Source: an uncultured Clostridia bacterium (GTDB lineage Bacteria > Bacillota > Clostridia > Oscillospirales > CAG-272). From it: a stretch of DNA of 64,000 nt. The DNA lies in the NCBI GenBank assembly GCA_947624995.1, contig CANQMS010000004.1, positions 2,139-66,138 of the forward strand, written 5' to 3'. The position numbers and the translations under genes are program-made. Positions 54,928-63,336 of this stretch are shown piece by piece; within the stretch, counting starts at the first letter, position 1; the number at the start of each line of letters is the position of its first letter. The notes under the pieces are model-generated. The model did not search any database, had not been told where the DNA came from, and saw only the letters and a program-made list of their open reading frames with translations.

Positions 54928-56130
54928 TTATTCCGTTATCTTGACCTTTGCCCCGAGCGACCGTATCGCGTCAAAGTATGACGGGTAGCTCTTGCGGACG
55001 TCCTCGCAGCCGAAGATCTCGCCGCCCGTCACAGTCAAAAGCGTCGAGAGCGCCATGACGACGCGGTGGTCGTTGTGACTGCGCAGCGGCTCCGTCGGCG
55101 GCGATATCCCGCCGCCGGGGACCGAGATCGAGTTCTCGCCGACGTCGATGCGGACGCCGAATTTAAGGAGCTCCTCCGCCATCGCGGCGCCCCTGTCCGA
55201 CTCCTTCACCGCAAGTCTTTTCGTTCCCGTGAACGCCGCGCCGTGCAGGCACGCAGAAAGCGCGATGAGTACGGGGGCGAGATCGGGCGTGTCCGAGAGG
55301 TCGATCACGGGGGAACCCGCCGCAAGCATCTTATAATATTCGCGGTAGGCGGCGTCGCCCTGTGCGCTCGCCTCGGGGAGTCCCGTCACCGTCACGTCCC
55401 CGCCCAAAAGACCGAACGCGTCAAGGAATGCGGCGTTTGAGAAGTCGCCCTCGACCTCGCCCGACCACGGGCGGAGGCGCTGCCCCTCCGTGAGCGTGAT
55501 ATCGTTCCCGCGGAATTTTATATCCGCCCCGAACAGTCCGAGCGCTGCCGCCGTCATCTCCGCATACGGGCGGCTTTCAAACGGCGGCAGAACATGTATC
55601 TCCCCGCCGCCGAGACGTGCAAGCGCGAACATGAGTCCCGTCACAAACTGCGAGCTTATGCTGCCGTCTACGGCAAATTTCTTTTTAGGCAGTTTGCCTA
55701 ACACTGTTATGCATCCGCCTTTTTTGACGAATGTGATAGAATTCTCCGCCGCGATCCGCTCGTATACATCGAGCGGTCGCGCAAGCAGCCGTTCGCTGCC
55801 GGTAAAGGTCACCGTCTCTCCCGTCAGCATCGCAAGCGGGATGAAAAAGCGGAGCGTGCTGCCGCTCTCGCGGCAGTCAAGCACCCCTTTGACCTCGGAG
55901 AGGAACCGGGTACCGTCAATTTTGACGGTCGAGCCGCACCTTTCGATCTCGGCGCCGAGTGCCTCGGCGCAGTCCAGTGTTGCCGAAATATCCTCGGAAT
56001 ACTCAACTCCGGCGATGACGCTCTCGCCCTCCGCGAGCGACGCCGCGATCAGCAGCCTGTGCGCCGCGCTCTTTGACGGCGGCGCCTTTACCATGCCCGA
56101 AAGGCGTGATTTTTCAAATATTGCTCTCAT
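54928..56130 (-). CDS. aroA: 3-phosphoshikimate 1-carboxyvinyltransferase (EPSP synthase)
   Basis: KAPPSKSAAHRLLIAASLAEG; full-length EPSPS-like. The start ATG at 56130 overlaps the aroQ stop (ATGA). Confidence 0.92.
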   Translation of the reverse strand: MRAIFEKSRLSGMVKAPPSKSAAHRLLIAASLAEGESVIAGVEYSEDISATLDCAEALGAEIERCGSTVKIDGTRFLSEVKGVLDCRESGSTLRFFIPLAMLTGETVTFTGSERLLARPLDVYERIAAENSITFVKKGGCITVLGKLPKKKFAVDGSISSQFVTGLMFALARLGGGEIHVLPPFESRPYAEMTAAALGLFGADIKFRGNDITLTEGQRLRPWSGEVEGDFSNAAFLDAFGLLGGDVTVTGLPEASAQGDAAYREYYKMLAAGSPVIDLSDTPDLAPVLIALSACLHGAAFTGTKRLAVKESDRGAAMAEELLKFGVRIDVGENSISVPGGGISPPTEPLRSHNDHRVVMALSTLLTVTGGEIFGCEDVRKSYPSYFDAIRSLGAKVKITE

Positions 56131-56558
56131 TTCAGCTTGTCCGCAAGGTACTGTATCGCTAAAAGATACCCGTCCGTACCCTTGCCGATGACGGATTTTT
56201 CGCACGCCATCCCCGCGTAGCTGATGCGGCGGAACGGCTCGCGCACGTTCACGTCCGAGATGTGGACCTCGACCGCCGGGAGCGACACCGCCTTGAGCGC
56301 GTCAAGTATCGCGACGCTCGTGTGCGTGTACGCCGCCGGGTTTATGACGATCCCGTCGAACGCCCCGTAGGCTGCCTGTATCTTGTCCACGAGATCCCCT
56401 TCATGGTTCGACTGATAGATCTCGACCTCGACGCCGATATTTTCGGCATATGTCTTTATTTTTAGGCATATGTCTTTATACGTTTCCCTGCCGTATATAT
56501 CAGGCTCGCGTATGCCGAGCATATTCAGATTAGGTCCGTTTATGACGAGCAGCTTCAT
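56127..56558 (-). CDS. aroQ: Type II 3-dehydroquinate dehydratase
   Basis: MKLLVINGPNLNMLGIREPDIYG ... NPAAYTHTSVA. Confidence 0.93.
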   Translation of the reverse strand: MKLLVINGPNLNMLGIREPDIYGRETYKDICLKIKTYAENIGVEVEIYQSNHEGDLVDKIQAAYGAFDGIVINPAAYTHTSVAILDALKAVSLPAVEVHISDVNVREPFRRISYAGMACEKSVIGKGTDGYLLAIQYLADKLK

Positions 56559-57796
56559 GATTTTCCGTGCTCCCTTATTATCGTTTTTGCGTTCCACAGG
56601 CGGTCGTCCCGCATCCTTATCGTGACGTCCGCCGTGCCGGTGTATATTCCGTACCGCTCGCGGTACCGTGCGCGCACCGCGTCCGCATCACGCGCGAGCG
56701 GGCGGTCAGATGTCGGCGTCAGCCATTCTATCGGGCGGTCGAGATAATATATGCGCCCGTTCTGCTTCAGTAGGCGGACGTTTTCATCCCGCAGCACAGC
56801 GCCGCCGCCCGTCGCGATGACGCAGCCGTGCCGGCTCGCGATATCCGCTATCACCTCGGACTCGCGGTCGCGGAACGCATCCTCGCCGTATTTTTCAAAA
56901 TAGTCCGCGATCTTCATCCCGATCCGGGAGACTATCTCCGCGTCCGTATCTATGAGCCGCCGCCCGGTCATGGACGCGATCTTGCGCCCGGTCGCCGATT
57001 TACCCGAGCCGGGCATCCCGGTGAGCACGATATTCTGCTTGTCGCGGTACAGCTCGCGGTAAATTCGCCCGGCAAGCTCCTGCCCGAGGCTCTCCCCGGT
57101 GAAGTGCTCCGCCGCAAAGACAGCCTGTGAGACGAGCATATAAAGCCCTCCGACCGCCTTTATCCCGCGCTCGCGCGCCGCCATAACAAGGCGCGTCCGA
57201 AGGGGATTGTATACGGCGTCAACGACGCCGGAAAGGCGCGGGAAACCGCCTATATCTATCGGCATCCCGGCTATATCCGGGTACATCCCCGATGGCGTCG
57301 TGTTTATTATTATATCCGCATCCGAATGGATCCTGCACGCCTCGTCGTATGTCACGGCCCCGTCACGCCCCGTGCGGCTGACGGTGACGGTCGTCCTCGC
57401 GCCGAGCAGGCGCAAAAGCTCCCGCGCCGTGTGAGACGTGCCGCCCGTGCCGAGTACGAGCACTTTTTTGCCGCGGATCCCGATCCCCGCAGAGGATATC
57501 ATCGCCCGCATACCGGGCAGGTCCGTGTTGAAGCCGCAGAGCTCACCGCCGCGGTTGACGACGGTGTTGACCGCGCCTATTCTGCGCGCGTCGTCATCCA
57601 TTCGGGACAGATACGGTATCACGTCACGCTTATAGGGGATCGTCACGTTTATACCGAGAAAATCGCGCGCGGTCATAAATCTGTCGAGCTCACCGCGCGG
57701 CACCTCGCAGAGCTCGTATTCGTAGAGCCCTATTTTTTCGTGGATCTCTCGGGAAAAGCTGTGTCCGAGCCGCTCCGCTATGCATCCGTACTTCAT
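56555..57796 (-). CDS. Bifunctional shikimate dehydrogenase / shikimate kinase fusion
   Basis: The N-terminal AroE part has GINVTIPYK, NTVV and GFNTD. The C-terminal AroK part has the P-loop LTGMPGSGKSATG and DTD. Confidence 0.9.
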   Translation of the reverse strand: MKYGCIAERLGHSFSREIHEKIGLYEYELCEVPRGELDRFMTARDFLGINVTIPYKRDVIPYLSRMDDDARRIGAVNTVVNRGGELCGFNTDLPGMRAMISSAGIGIRGKKVLVLGTGGTSHTARELLRLLGARTTVTVSRTGRDGAVTYDEACRIHSDADIIINTTPSGMYPDIAGMPIDIGGFPRLSGVVDAVYNPLRTRLVMAARERGIKAVGGLYMLVSQAVFAAEHFTGESLGQELAGRIYRELYRDKQNIVLTGMPGSGKSATGRKIASMTGRRLIDTDAEIVSRIGMKIADYFEKYGEDAFRDRESEVIADIASRHGCVIATGGGAVLRDENVRLLKQNGRIYYLDRPIEWLTPTSDRPLARDADAVRARYRERYGIYTGTADVTIRMRDDRLWNAKTIIREHGKS

Positions 57797-58884
57797 CGCG
57801 TCTCACCGAAATAATCAGTCCCGAAGCGCTCTTCGAGCATATCCGCGACCGCGATCGCCGTCACCGCGTCGACGACGGCGCGAGCCCTGTGTACAACAGC
57901 CGGGTCGTGCCGCCCTCGGAGCTCGAGCACCGCCTCTTCATGTTTCAATATATCGACCGTCTTCTGCGGCTTGAATATGGACGGGGTCGGCTTGACCGCC
58001 GTGCGGAAAACTATCGGCATGCCGCTCGAAATTCCGCCGTTTATCCCGCCGCTGTTGTTCGTCTCCGTCACGACCACACCGCCCGACAGGGAGAGCGCGT
58101 CGTTGCACTCGCTGCCGCGCATATCTGCGGCATCAAAGCCCGCGCCGAACTCTATTCCCTTTACCGCCGGGACCGAGAACACCGCGTGCGCGATGACGCC
58201 CTCGAGCGTGTCGAACCACGGCTCGCCGACGCCCGCCGGAACGCCGACCACCGCCGTCTCGAGCACACCGCCGACGCTGTCTCCCTCGGCGGCGGCAGAC
58301 TCTATCAGAGCCCTCATTCGCTCGCCCGCGCCCTCGTTGAGCACGGCGAAAGTCTTTTCATTTAAAATACCGATTTCCCGGGAAATATCCGAAAACGGCG
58401 CGTCGTCTACCCCGGCGCAGCGCGCGATATGCGTACCGATGATGATCCCGCGTGAGGCGAGCGCCCCCTTCACGATCGCGCCGACGGCGACGAGCGCCGC
58501 CGTGATCCTGCCGCTGAAGTGACCGCCGCCGCGGTAGTCTTCGAATCCGTGGTATTTTACAAAGCCCGTGTAGTCGGCGTGCCCCGGGCGCGGCAGACCG
58601 CGCGAGTAATCGGAGCTCTTCGTGTCCCCGTTCGGGATAATGACCGCGATCGGCGTGCCCGTCGTCATCCCCTCAAAGACGCCGCTGACGATCTCGAACC
58701 TGTCCGCCTCGACGCGGGTCGTTGAAATCCTGCCCGCCGGGCGGCGCTTTTCGAGCTCGCGTGCGACGGACGCCTCATCGACTCTTACCCCAGGGGATAG
58801 CCCGTCGAGTACGGCGCCGATATATTTTCCGTGGCTCTCGCCGAAAAGCGTCACCGAAACGCAGTTGCCGAATGTGTTTTTCAT
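57793..58884 (-). CDS. aroC: Chorismate synthase
   Basis: FGESHGKYIGAVLDGLSPG ... RPGHADY ... RHDP. Confidence 0.94.
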   Translation of the reverse strand: MKNTFGNCVSVTLFGESHGKYIGAVLDGLSPGVRVDEASVARELEKRRPAGRISTTRVEADRFEIVSGVFEGMTTGTPIAVIIPNGDTKSSDYSRGLPRPGHADYTGFVKYHGFEDYRGGGHFSGRITAALVAVGAIVKGALASRGIIIGTHIARCAGVDDAPFSDISREIGILNEKTFAVLNEGAGERMRALIESAAAEGDSVGGVLETAVVGVPAGVGEPWFDTLEGVIAHAVFSVPAVKGIEFGAGFDAADMRGSECNDALSLSGGVVVTETNNSGGINGGISSGMPIVFRTAVKPTPSIFKPQKTVDILKHEEAVLELRGRHDPAVVHRARAVVDAVTAIAVADMLEERFGTDYFGETR

Positions 58885-59903
58885 ATCCTATTTTCCCTTA
58901 TATAGTCGGTCAGCCTCGCCCTGAGCATATCCGGGCTGAGATGCTCGAACCGAAACTCTCCAATCCTCTCGACGATGACGACCGTGACGCCCCCGCCGTC
59001 CGACTTTTTGTCGTGGAGCGCGGCGGCGATGACGCGGTCGACGTCATAGTCATACTCCGCCCTCAACCCGAGCCTTGAATAGACGCCCAAAAGCCTTGCC
59101 CTCACCGTTTCCGAGCACATCGGCAGCATTCCGAGCGCCACGCACTCGCCGTGGCAGAGCCCGTGGAGTTCTTCCTCCGCCTCGATCCCGTGCCCTATCG
59201 TGTGCCCGAAATTGAGGACGCGGCGCAGCCCGCCCTCGCGCTCGTCCGCCTCGACGACGCGCTTTTTTATCGCAACGGAGCGCGCGATGAGCTCTTCGAG
59301 CGAGGAGGATATATCGCACGTCTCAAACATTGAAAACAGCTCTCCGTCAAGCGCTGCCGCCATTTTCACCGCCTCCGCGAGCCCTGCCGCCATCTGCCTT
59401 TCGGGCAGCGTCGCGAGCACGTCCGGGTCGACGAGCACGCGCCTCGGCTGATAGAACGCGCCGACGACGTTTTTTATGCCGCCGAGATTGACTGCGGTCT
59501 TTCCCCCGACCGACGAATCTATCTGTGAGAGCGACGTCGTCGGGATATTGTAAAAGTCTACGCCGCGCATATATGCGGACGCGGCGAACCCCGAAAGATC
59601 GCCGACAACGCCGCCGCCGACGGCGACGACGCAGTCGCGGCGGGTAAATCCGTGCGCCAGCATTTCACCGAGGAGCTCCTCGAACCGCCGGATGCTCTTG
59701 CTCCCCTCCCCCTGCGGGACGGTAACTTTGACCGGCTCGCGGCAGACGGCGGCGACGCGGTCCGCATACTGCTCCGGCACGCCGTCATCCGTCACGATGA
59801 GGACGCGCCGGTCGAGGTCGAGATACTCCCCGGCGCGCGCCGAGCAGCCGCGCTCGACGATTATATCGTAGCTCCTCTCACCGAGATCGAGCGTGAGCTT
59901 CAC
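58881..59903 (-). CDS. aroB: 3-dehydroquinate synthase
   Basis: VAVGGGVVGDLSGFAASAYMRGVDFYNIPTTSLSQIDSSVGGKTAVN. Confidence 0.93.
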   Translation of the reverse strand: MKLTLDLGERSYDIIVERGCSARAGEYLDLDRRVLIVTDDGVPEQYADRVAAVCREPVKVTVPQGEGSKSIRRFEELLGEMLAHGFTRRDCVVAVGGGVVGDLSGFAASAYMRGVDFYNIPTTSLSQIDSSVGGKTAVNLGGIKNVVGAFYQPRRVLVDPDVLATLPERQMAAGLAEAVKMAAALDGELFSMFETCDISSSLEELIARSVAIKKRVVEADEREGGLRRVLNFGHTIGHGIEAEEELHGLCHGECVALGMLPMCSETVRARLLGVYSRLGLRAEYDYDVDRVIAAALHDKKSDGGGVTVVIVERIGEFRFEHLSPDMLRARLTDYIRENRI

Positions 59904-60988
59904 AGCCTTGCCTCCCCGTCATATCCGCCGACGACCTTCAGCCTGTCGCAAACCTCGGAAAGCGCCGCGAGCATGTCCTCGCCCGCCTCGCCGTCCGGGC
60001 TGCCCTCCGCCTCGATATAGAAATAATACTGCCATGCGAGCTCCTTCATCGGGTGCGAGCGCAGCACATTCATGTTGAAGCCGTGCTCTCCGATGATGCT
60101 TATCGCCCTCGCGAGCGCTCCGGCGGCGTTTTTGACCGTGAACATCAAAATGAAGCTGCCGCCTGTTTTCCGCCCCGTCTCCTTCGCACCGGAGAAAACG
60201 GCAAACCGCGTCGTGTTCGTGTTGCTGTCGTTTATGTCGTGGTCAAGGACGACGAGGTGATAGAGCTCCGCCGTCTCCTCGCTCGCAATAGCCGCCGTGT
60301 GTAAGTCTCCGCTCTCGGCGACGGCGCGTGCCGCAATGGCGGTGTTTGTCGTCTCAACCTGTACAAATCCGTGCTTTTTTATGTAGTTCTCGCACTGCGA
60401 CAGCGCCTGCGGGTGAGATATGACCGTCTCTATCTCCGAAAGGACCGCTCCCTCCGGCGCGAGCAGATGATGCGTCACCGGAAGGTCGTAAACGCCGTTG
60501 ACATAGAGAGGTCCCGAAAACATCAGATCGAGCACCTGCCCGACCTCGCCGGCATAGCTGTTCTCTATCGGCAGAACGGCGCAGTCGCACTCGCCGCGCC
60601 CGACAGATTCGTACGCCGCGTGAAAGCTGCTGTACGAAACAGCATCCCCGTCCGGGAAGATGCGGCGCGCGGCAATGTTCGCGAACGCACCGGGCACGCC
60701 GCAGTACGCGACGCGCATCCCGGAGAGCAGCCGCTTCTGGTACTGCTTTGAAATGTCCATGACGGACTGCAAAAACAGCTTGTAGTAAAGCGCGAGCGAT
60801 GGATCGCCGATGCGCGCCGAGCCCGCCTCAAGGACCGCCGCCTCGCGCCCCGCGTCAAAGACGGGCAGCCCGTGCGCGCGCTTGTATTCGGCAACGTCCG
60901 CCGCCGCCTTCATCCTCCGGCGGAAAAGCTCCGCCATCTCCCCGTCTATCTCGTCAATGCGGGCTCTCGCCTCCGCAAGCTTTTCCAT
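59900..60988 (-). CDS. pheA: Bifunctional chorismate mutase / prephenate dehydratase (P-protein) with an ACT domain
   Basis: CM helix RARIDEIDGEMAELFRRRM. PDT part VAYCGVPGAFANIAA ... LPIENSYAGEV ... TRF. The start was moved to the ATG at 60988. Confidence 0.9.
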   Translation of the reverse strand: MEKLAEARARIDEIDGEMAELFRRRMKAAADVAEYKRAHGLPVFDAGREAAVLEAGSARIGDPSLALYYKLFLQSVMDISKQYQKRLLSGMRVAYCGVPGAFANIAARRIFPDGDAVSYSSFHAAYESVGRGECDCAVLPIENSYAGEVGQVLDLMFSGPLYVNGVYDLPVTHHLLAPEGAVLSEIETVISHPQALSQCENYIKKHGFVQVETTNTAIAARAVAESGDLHTAAIASEETAELYHLVVLDHDINDSNTNTTRFAVFSGAKETGRKTGGSFILMFTVKNAAGALARAISIIGEHGFNMNVLRSHPMKELAWQYYFYIEAEGSPDGEAGEDMLAALSEVCDRLKVVGGYDGEARL

Positions 60989-60999
60989 AATTCCCCCAC

Positions 61000-61041
61000 A
61001 AAAAAACATCCGCCGCCTTTGCACGACAAACGGCGGTGGAT
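61000..61041 (-). terminator. Leader (attenuator) terminator immediately 5' of pheA
   Basis: The minus strand reads ATCCACCGCC-N14-GGCGGCGGAT (9 of 10 bp) followed by GTTTTTTTG, just upstream of the pheA SD. Confidence 0.7.
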
Positions 61042-61071
61042 GCTGTTTTTACCTTTTTGTGACCTGTTCGG

Positions 61072-61149
61072 TCACTCGGTCGGCAAAATGTCGCAGTCCA
61101 TCGCGCGCGTCATATAAAAATAAAAGCAGCCCGTGCGAAAGCGCGGCAT
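61072..61149 (-). CDS. Candidate Phe/Tyr-rich leader peptide (25 aa, MPRFRTGCFYFYMTRAMDCDILPTE)
   Basis: My own translation. An AAGAGGT SD lies 8 nt upstream. The ORF has 3 Phe and 2 Tyr, including a contiguous FYFY block, and sits between the promoter and the leader terminator. Confidence 0.6.
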   Translation of the reverse strand: MPRFRTGCFYFYMTRAMDCDILPTE

Positions 61150-61182
61150 GATCCCGTACCTCTTTTTTCAATGTTTTCATAT

Positions 61183-61211
61183 ATTATATCGGACGTGCCG
61201 CCGTTTGTCAA
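61183..61211 (-). promoter_or_regulatory. Consensus sigma-A promoter of the aromatic amino-acid operon
   Basis: The minus strand reads TTGACA-17 nt-TATAAT. Confidence 0.7.
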
Positions 61212-61324
61212 GCGTTTCCGCAAAAAAAGAGAAGAATGCCGGACGGGGTGCTGCCGAGAGAAAAACGGGCGGGAGCCGTCCGATTTTTCTCGGCTCAAAA
61301 TCGGCGTCTTTTTTCGCGCGCTTA

Positions 61325-61353
61325 TTGCAATCCGCCCGGGATTTATGTATAAT
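61325..61353 (+). promoter_or_regulatory. Sigma-A-type promoter of miaB
   Basis: TTGCAA-17 nt-TATAAT. Confidence 0.6.
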
Positions 61354-61405
61354 ATAGATTGTATGATTTTGTCCGCGCGAGCGGTTTTACGGTATTCTTA
61401 AGACT

Positions 61406-62833
61406 ATGGATAAAAGGCAAAACAATCTGATACCGCCCGCCGCATCTTCGTCGATGCTGTCGTCGATCCGTTCCGTGCGCGAGCTGACGGACGGGATGCG
61501 GGCACGGGGGATCAGCCCGAAATTCTATATCATGACGTTCGGCTGCCAGCAGAACGAGGCGGACAGCGAACGGCTCGCCGGATTTGCCGATGCGATGGGA
61601 TATAAGCCGTCGCATGTGCCGGACGGCTGCTCGCTCATCCTCGTCAACACGTGCGCCGTCCGTGAGCACGCCGAAAAAAAGGCGCTTTCATGCATCGGTC
61701 AGCTCAAGCACATAAAGGCGGCGGACCCGTCCGTCATCATCGGCGTCGGCGGCTGCATGGTGTCGCAGCAGCACAGGGCGGACGCGCTCAAGCACAGCTA
61801 CCCCTACGTCGACTTCTCGTTCTGCACGACGGAGCTTTGGCGCGTGCCGGAGCTCATCCTTGACCGTCTGCGCGGAGGTCGCCGCCGCTTTCCGGACGTT
61901 GCGGCGTCACTTTCCTCGACCGATTTTTCCGAGGAGGTGCCGGTCCTGCGCCGGTCGCGGACGCGCGCGTGGGTCAGCGTCATGTACGGCTGCAACAACT
62001 TCTGTTCGTACTGCATCGTCCCGTACGTCCGCGGGCGCGAGCGCTCGCGGCTGCCGGAGGACATCCTCTCCGAGGTGCGCGGCCTTGTCGGCGGCGGCTG
62101 CCGCGACATAACGCTGCTCGGGCAGAACGTCAATTCATACGGTCACGACCTCGACTCGGGCGTCACCTTCGCCGACCTCATCCGCGAGATATCGCGCCTT
62201 GACGGCGACTTTCGCCTGCGCTTTATGACCTCGCACCCGAAGGACGCGACCGACGACCTCATCGCCGCCATAGCGGAGAGCCGCGTCGCGTCCCGCCACT
62301 TTCATCTGCCGCTGCAATCCGGCAGCGACCGCGTGCTCGCCGTCATGAACAGGCACTACACCGCCGAAAAATACCTCGGCATCATCGAAAAGCTCCGCGC
62401 CGCGATGCCGGATATCGTCATCACATCGGACATAATGGTCGGCTTTCCCGGCGAGACGGAGGACGATTTCGCCGCCACGCTCGGCGTCATGCGCCGCGCT
62501 CGATTCGACATGATATATTCCTTCATCTTCTCTCCCCGCCGCGGCACGCCTGCCGCCCGGATGGCGGAGCAGATCCCGGAGGACGTCAAGTCGGAGCGGT
62601 TCGCGCGCCTGATAGAGTGCCAGAACGCGATATCGAGGGAGAAAAACGAATCCGCCGTCGGACAGACGCTCCGCGTGCTCGCGGACGACGGTTTCGATGA
62701 CCCCGCCGACCCGACCGGGCGCACGGACGGAAACAAGCTCGTCCACATCCGCGGGGAGGCGATCCCGGGCGAATTTTACAGCGTCAAAATTACCCGTGCC
62801 GATACTTTCGGTCTTTACGGGGACATAATATAA
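61406..62833 (+). CDS. miaB: tRNA (i6A37) methylthiotransferase
   Basis: FYIMTFGCQQNEADSE (UPF0004), radical SAM CNNFCSYCIVPYVRGRERS, and a TRAM C-terminus. Confidence 0.92.
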   Translation: MDKRQNNLIPPAASSSMLSSIRSVRELTDGMRARGISPKFYIMTFGCQQNEADSERLAGFADAMGYKPSHVPDGCSLILVNTCAVREHAEKKALSCIGQLKHIKAADPSVIIGVGGCMVSQQHRADALKHSYPYVDFSFCTTELWRVPELILDRLRGGRRRFPDVAASLSSTDFSEEVPVLRRSRTRAWVSVMYGCNNFCSYCIVPYVRGRERSRLPEDILSEVRGLVGGGCRDITLLGQNVNSYGHDLDSGVTFADLIREISRLDGDFRLRFMTSHPKDATDDLIAAIAESRVASRHFHLPLQSGSDRVLAVMNRHYTAEKYLGIIEKLRAAMPDIVITSDIMVGFPGETEDDFAATLGVMRRARFDMIYSFIFSPRRGTPAARMAEQIPEDVKSERFARLIECQNAISREKNESAVGQTLRVLADDGFDDPADPTGRTDGNKLVHIRGEAIPGEFYSVKITRADTFGLYGDII

Positions 62834-62861
62834 TAAAAAGGCAAAAAGGAGTTTTTTGAAA

Positions 62862-63293
62862 ATGGAAGACAGGCTTGACGACATGATAATCGAGATGGCG
62901 CATCACCTCGGAGAAACGATAAAAAAGGACCGCCGCTTCATCCGCTATGACGCGGCGCACAAGGCTTTCGAGGGTGAGCCGCAGCTCACGCGGATGATGA
63001 CCGAATACAGCGCCCAGCAGGCGGCGCTCGCCTCCGTTGCAGGCAAGCCCGACGTCGGCAAAGACCTCACGGACGCGATCGAGGGCAGGATAAACACGCT
63101 CTATCTCGAGATCACCGAGAACCCCGTCTATAAGGAATTTGTCGACGCGAAGGCGGAGCTCGACGAGCTCATCAAGGGCGTCAACGACGAGATCTTTTTC
63201 GCGCTGACGGGCGAGGCGCCGAAGGGATGCAGCGGAGACTGCGCCTCGTGCGGCGGCGGATGCTCCGTCTCTGACGAGCACATCTACGACTGA
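62862..63293 (+). CDS. YlbF/YmcA-family regulatory protein (RicA-like) with a Cys-rich C-terminal tail
   Basis: Helical Com_YlbF-like sequence ending GCSGDCASCGGGCS. Synteny miaB-ymcA-(cotE)-mutS matches B. subtilis. Confidence 0.75.
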   Translation: MEDRLDDMIIEMAHHLGETIKKDRRFIRYDAAHKAFEGEPQLTRMMTEYSAQQAALASVAGKPDVGKDLTDAIEGRINTLYLEITENPVYKEFVDAKAELDELIKGVNDEIFFALTGEAPKGCSGDCASCGGGCSVSDEHIYD

Positions 63294-63336
63294 CAAAACC
63301 GGACAAGAACTGCACTTAAAGGAGAAAACGCGTGCC

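Noticed and set aside
60989-61400. T-box riboswitch as the regulator of the aromatic operon.
   Set aside because: I found no T-box core (AAnnnGGGTGGnACCGCG-like) on the minus strand and no specifier-loop or Stem I architecture. The leader from the predicted TSS is only ~190 nt. The leader-peptide explanation fits better. A covariance-model scan would settle this.
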